Part shown: in pieces, positions 62,801 to 64,000 of the stretch | Numbering within the stretch: position 1 is the stretch's first letter | How the letters are laid out: each line of letters opens with the position of its first letter | Assembly: GCA_051294905.1 (NCBI GenBank) | Contig: CM119378.1 | Coordinates: 5,022,001 to 5,086,000 of the forward strand | Origin: Botryllus schlosseri | Taxonomy: Eukaryota | Reading direction: 5' to 3' | Length of the DNA stretch: 64,000 nt | Notes under the pieces: generated by a model | Told to the model about the DNA's origin: nothing | What the model saw: the letters and a program-made list of their open reading frames with translations, nothing else | The model's database searches: none | Position numbers and translations under genes: made by a program

Positions 62801-63770
62801 TAGAGCTAAATGCCGATAATCTGATTCTAATATAATTTGTGAAATGTGCCTTTGCTTTCTGGTTTCCCTGAAAATGATACAGGGGAGCTGTAAAGTGCGA
62901 AACAAGCCAAGCTTGTTGTGTTGACATTTGCAATTCTTATGCTTATGTGAACGAATTCTGGTTTGATCCGAACTGAACTTTATTTAATATCTAAGTTTTC
63001 ATGACTTCAGTAATTCTAATTCTAGTCTAATTTGAAAAAAATGTGTAGACATAATTATAATTCTAGTTTAATTAGGAAAAAAATGTGTAGCAATAATTCT
63101 CAATCTAATCTGGTTTAGAAAAGCTTGAAAGTTTCTAGTTCTCCAGATTCTGCTGCTGCATTACCAAGTTTTCAAGATTGCTTTAATTGGGATATCTGTT
63201 ATTATTATTCACATAGAACTTCCGTCACATACCACCTCATTTATTTGCTTGCCCTTTTTATATTATCTTCTTTTACTTTTCATTTAGCGTGCATGTCTCC
63301 TCTTTACATCGCCTAGGCCCAGGGTGGTGTCTGATTTCAAGACTGCTCCAAGTCGTTTCGACACCTTCCTATCTTTTCATTGTATGGCAGTCTTTGTGGT
63401 GTATCGATTTGATTAAATGTTTAAGAATAAACTGAACTGAAATGAGCACTGCTTGTTATTTAGGGCATATGTCTCAAACAAGCTGGATCGGACTTGAAAT
63501 GGTGTCTAGTACGTATCAATGGATTGATGGCAATCCAGTGAACAATGAGAATTGGGCTGGGAGTGCGCAAAAGACTCAGACGTGTGTTTATGCGAGGGAG
63601 GACAGCGGTATCTGGGTTGATGCGGCATGCTCAGACTTGCACACGTTTATATGCAAGACAAATGAAAGTGAGATATTGCGGTATTTTACATCTGAATACC
63701 TCTGACTCGACTTGATTATCTCAATTTTCAGTTGAGATTACTCCAATTACACCGACTCCACCTGACTTAC
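53869..63770 (+). CDS. Secreted multi-C-type-lectin-domain protein (paralog B, inverted duplicate of A); incomplete at right edge
   Basis: Exons 53869-53920 (signal MGRYILVLILSMTAVQL), 57264-57424, 58148-58269, 58418-58557, 58859-58964, 59126-59240 (GC donor), 60344-60423, 60673-60785, 61453-61588, 61665-61837, 61964-62101, 62560-62733, 63464-63667, 63732-63770. Ten consecutive exons have the same lengths as paralog A (161,122,140,106,115,80,113,136,173,138 nt) and alignable peptides. Confidence 0.9.
54434..56792 (+). mobile_element. 5'-truncated non-LTR retrotransposon, L1/Tx1 clade (RT plus C-terminal CCHC; endonuclease missing)
   Basis: Reading frame open 54436-56526 with KSPGSDGL..EFY, NWRPITLLNTDYKI, DQEKAFD, QGCPLS, YADD and CKFC..HILTEC. 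Poly(A) at 56777-56792. TSD tgagcatcgtttct(a/g)tagacagc at 54411-54433 and 56793-56815. Confidence 0.93.
54490..56526 (+). CDS. Reverse transcriptase (Tx1-like ORF2 fragment, 678 aa, uninterrupted)
   Basis: ORF track plus canonical RT motifs QGCPLS and YADD; DQEKAFD is typical of the Tx1 clade. Confidence 0.9.
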   Translation: MDNDKSPGSDGLSKEFYLQYWNMIKHDLCEVINNAYLFGGLCSTWKTGITTIIYKKGQPTELKNWRPITLLNTDYKILTGLIANRLKPILPNLILETQKCAIKDREITDILRNTQAATEYAKEKKKELLIVNLDQEKAFDLLNHEYLFKILESYHMPETLMRLIKHIYNTASSRILVNGAMTHPIKLGRGIRQGCPLSMALYAISCDPLARKITNNEKIQPFRIGKATIKIQQYADDITCFLTNEKDIGRIFQEFNKFERATGQKLNAEKTEILHINQNKCSSRNPIYDNKKKRSIKILGQHYGKNQIEETWSEKIAKIKRTLYGYRDRKLTWVGKLTILNSLASSQIIYNARVITAPREIKKELEKLYYNFLWHPQKMEAIARRTLIAEKKRGGVAMPDVESKFKACELEKIVALKKLDQPKEIWHQHAIYEIGTKLKQINPVLYNNSEPHKFPTPENWVENLELTKKIKLTNDEWEVASHKTLYKEVKKLKENNPNIRTKNGDEINWNKIWQSKHMGHKVITNEEIIINYKVVHEGFIFGAKRKSRNLTHDKDNKPLNLNCKFCNNEKDDIRHILTECKYANEIKLHVERALGITINENNILYNHKTAKLMWIILSILKKVVIKFKIALDIDNRKAGEEKIGRKILEKFITRMKRVPENENISEIIAKTDGYLQIL

Positions 63771-64000
63771 GTGAGTAATCATCATATTTTCTTAGTAATG
63801 TTCTAGCTGTGTCTTCATTTCTTTTTGGACAGATCTTGGCCATGCTCTAGTTTGAAACAATGTGACAAACATGACCATGGCCAAAGAGAATGAAAATTTT
63901 ACAAAAGTTTCTCAATTTCTCAAAATTTGTAAAATGGATATCAAAATTTGCAAAATAGACATAAGCTACTTTGATGTCCAATCATATGTTATTATTAGAG

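Overview
AT-rich animal genomic DNA with short GT-AG introns. A marine invertebrate, probably an ascidian, is inferred from gene content only. I reconstructed four spliced host genes by hand with consistent splice phases. (1) A minus-strand secreted multi-C-type-lectin gene (at least 5 CTLDs plus an F5/8 discoidin domain), ATG at 34571, running off the left edge. (2) Its inverted paralog on the plus strand, ATG at 53869, running off the right edge. (3) Between them, a complete 16-exon, 756-aa secreted glycoside-hydrolase-like gene (35325-45257). (4) A 4-exon, 73-aa precursor with signal peptide, +10 Arg/Gly/Trp-rich peptide and -8 acidic tail (47543-47993), the layout of ascidian antimicrobial peptides. 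The ORF track misses gene 4's spliced form. Introns are packed with nested transposons: many hAT elements with 8-bp TSDs, a CACTA/EnSpm-like element carrying a cargo gene, a Chapaev3-like remnant and tRNA-derived SINEs. A Tx1-clade LINE sits inside a hAT MITE with a 23-bp TSD. Other highlights are a compensated double frameshift that rewrites the sugar-binding loop of one lectin domain, a 20-kb versus 148-bp homologous intron, and a hammerhead-ribozyme-like motif in a dispersed repeat. No database searches were run, so family names rest on recalled motifs.
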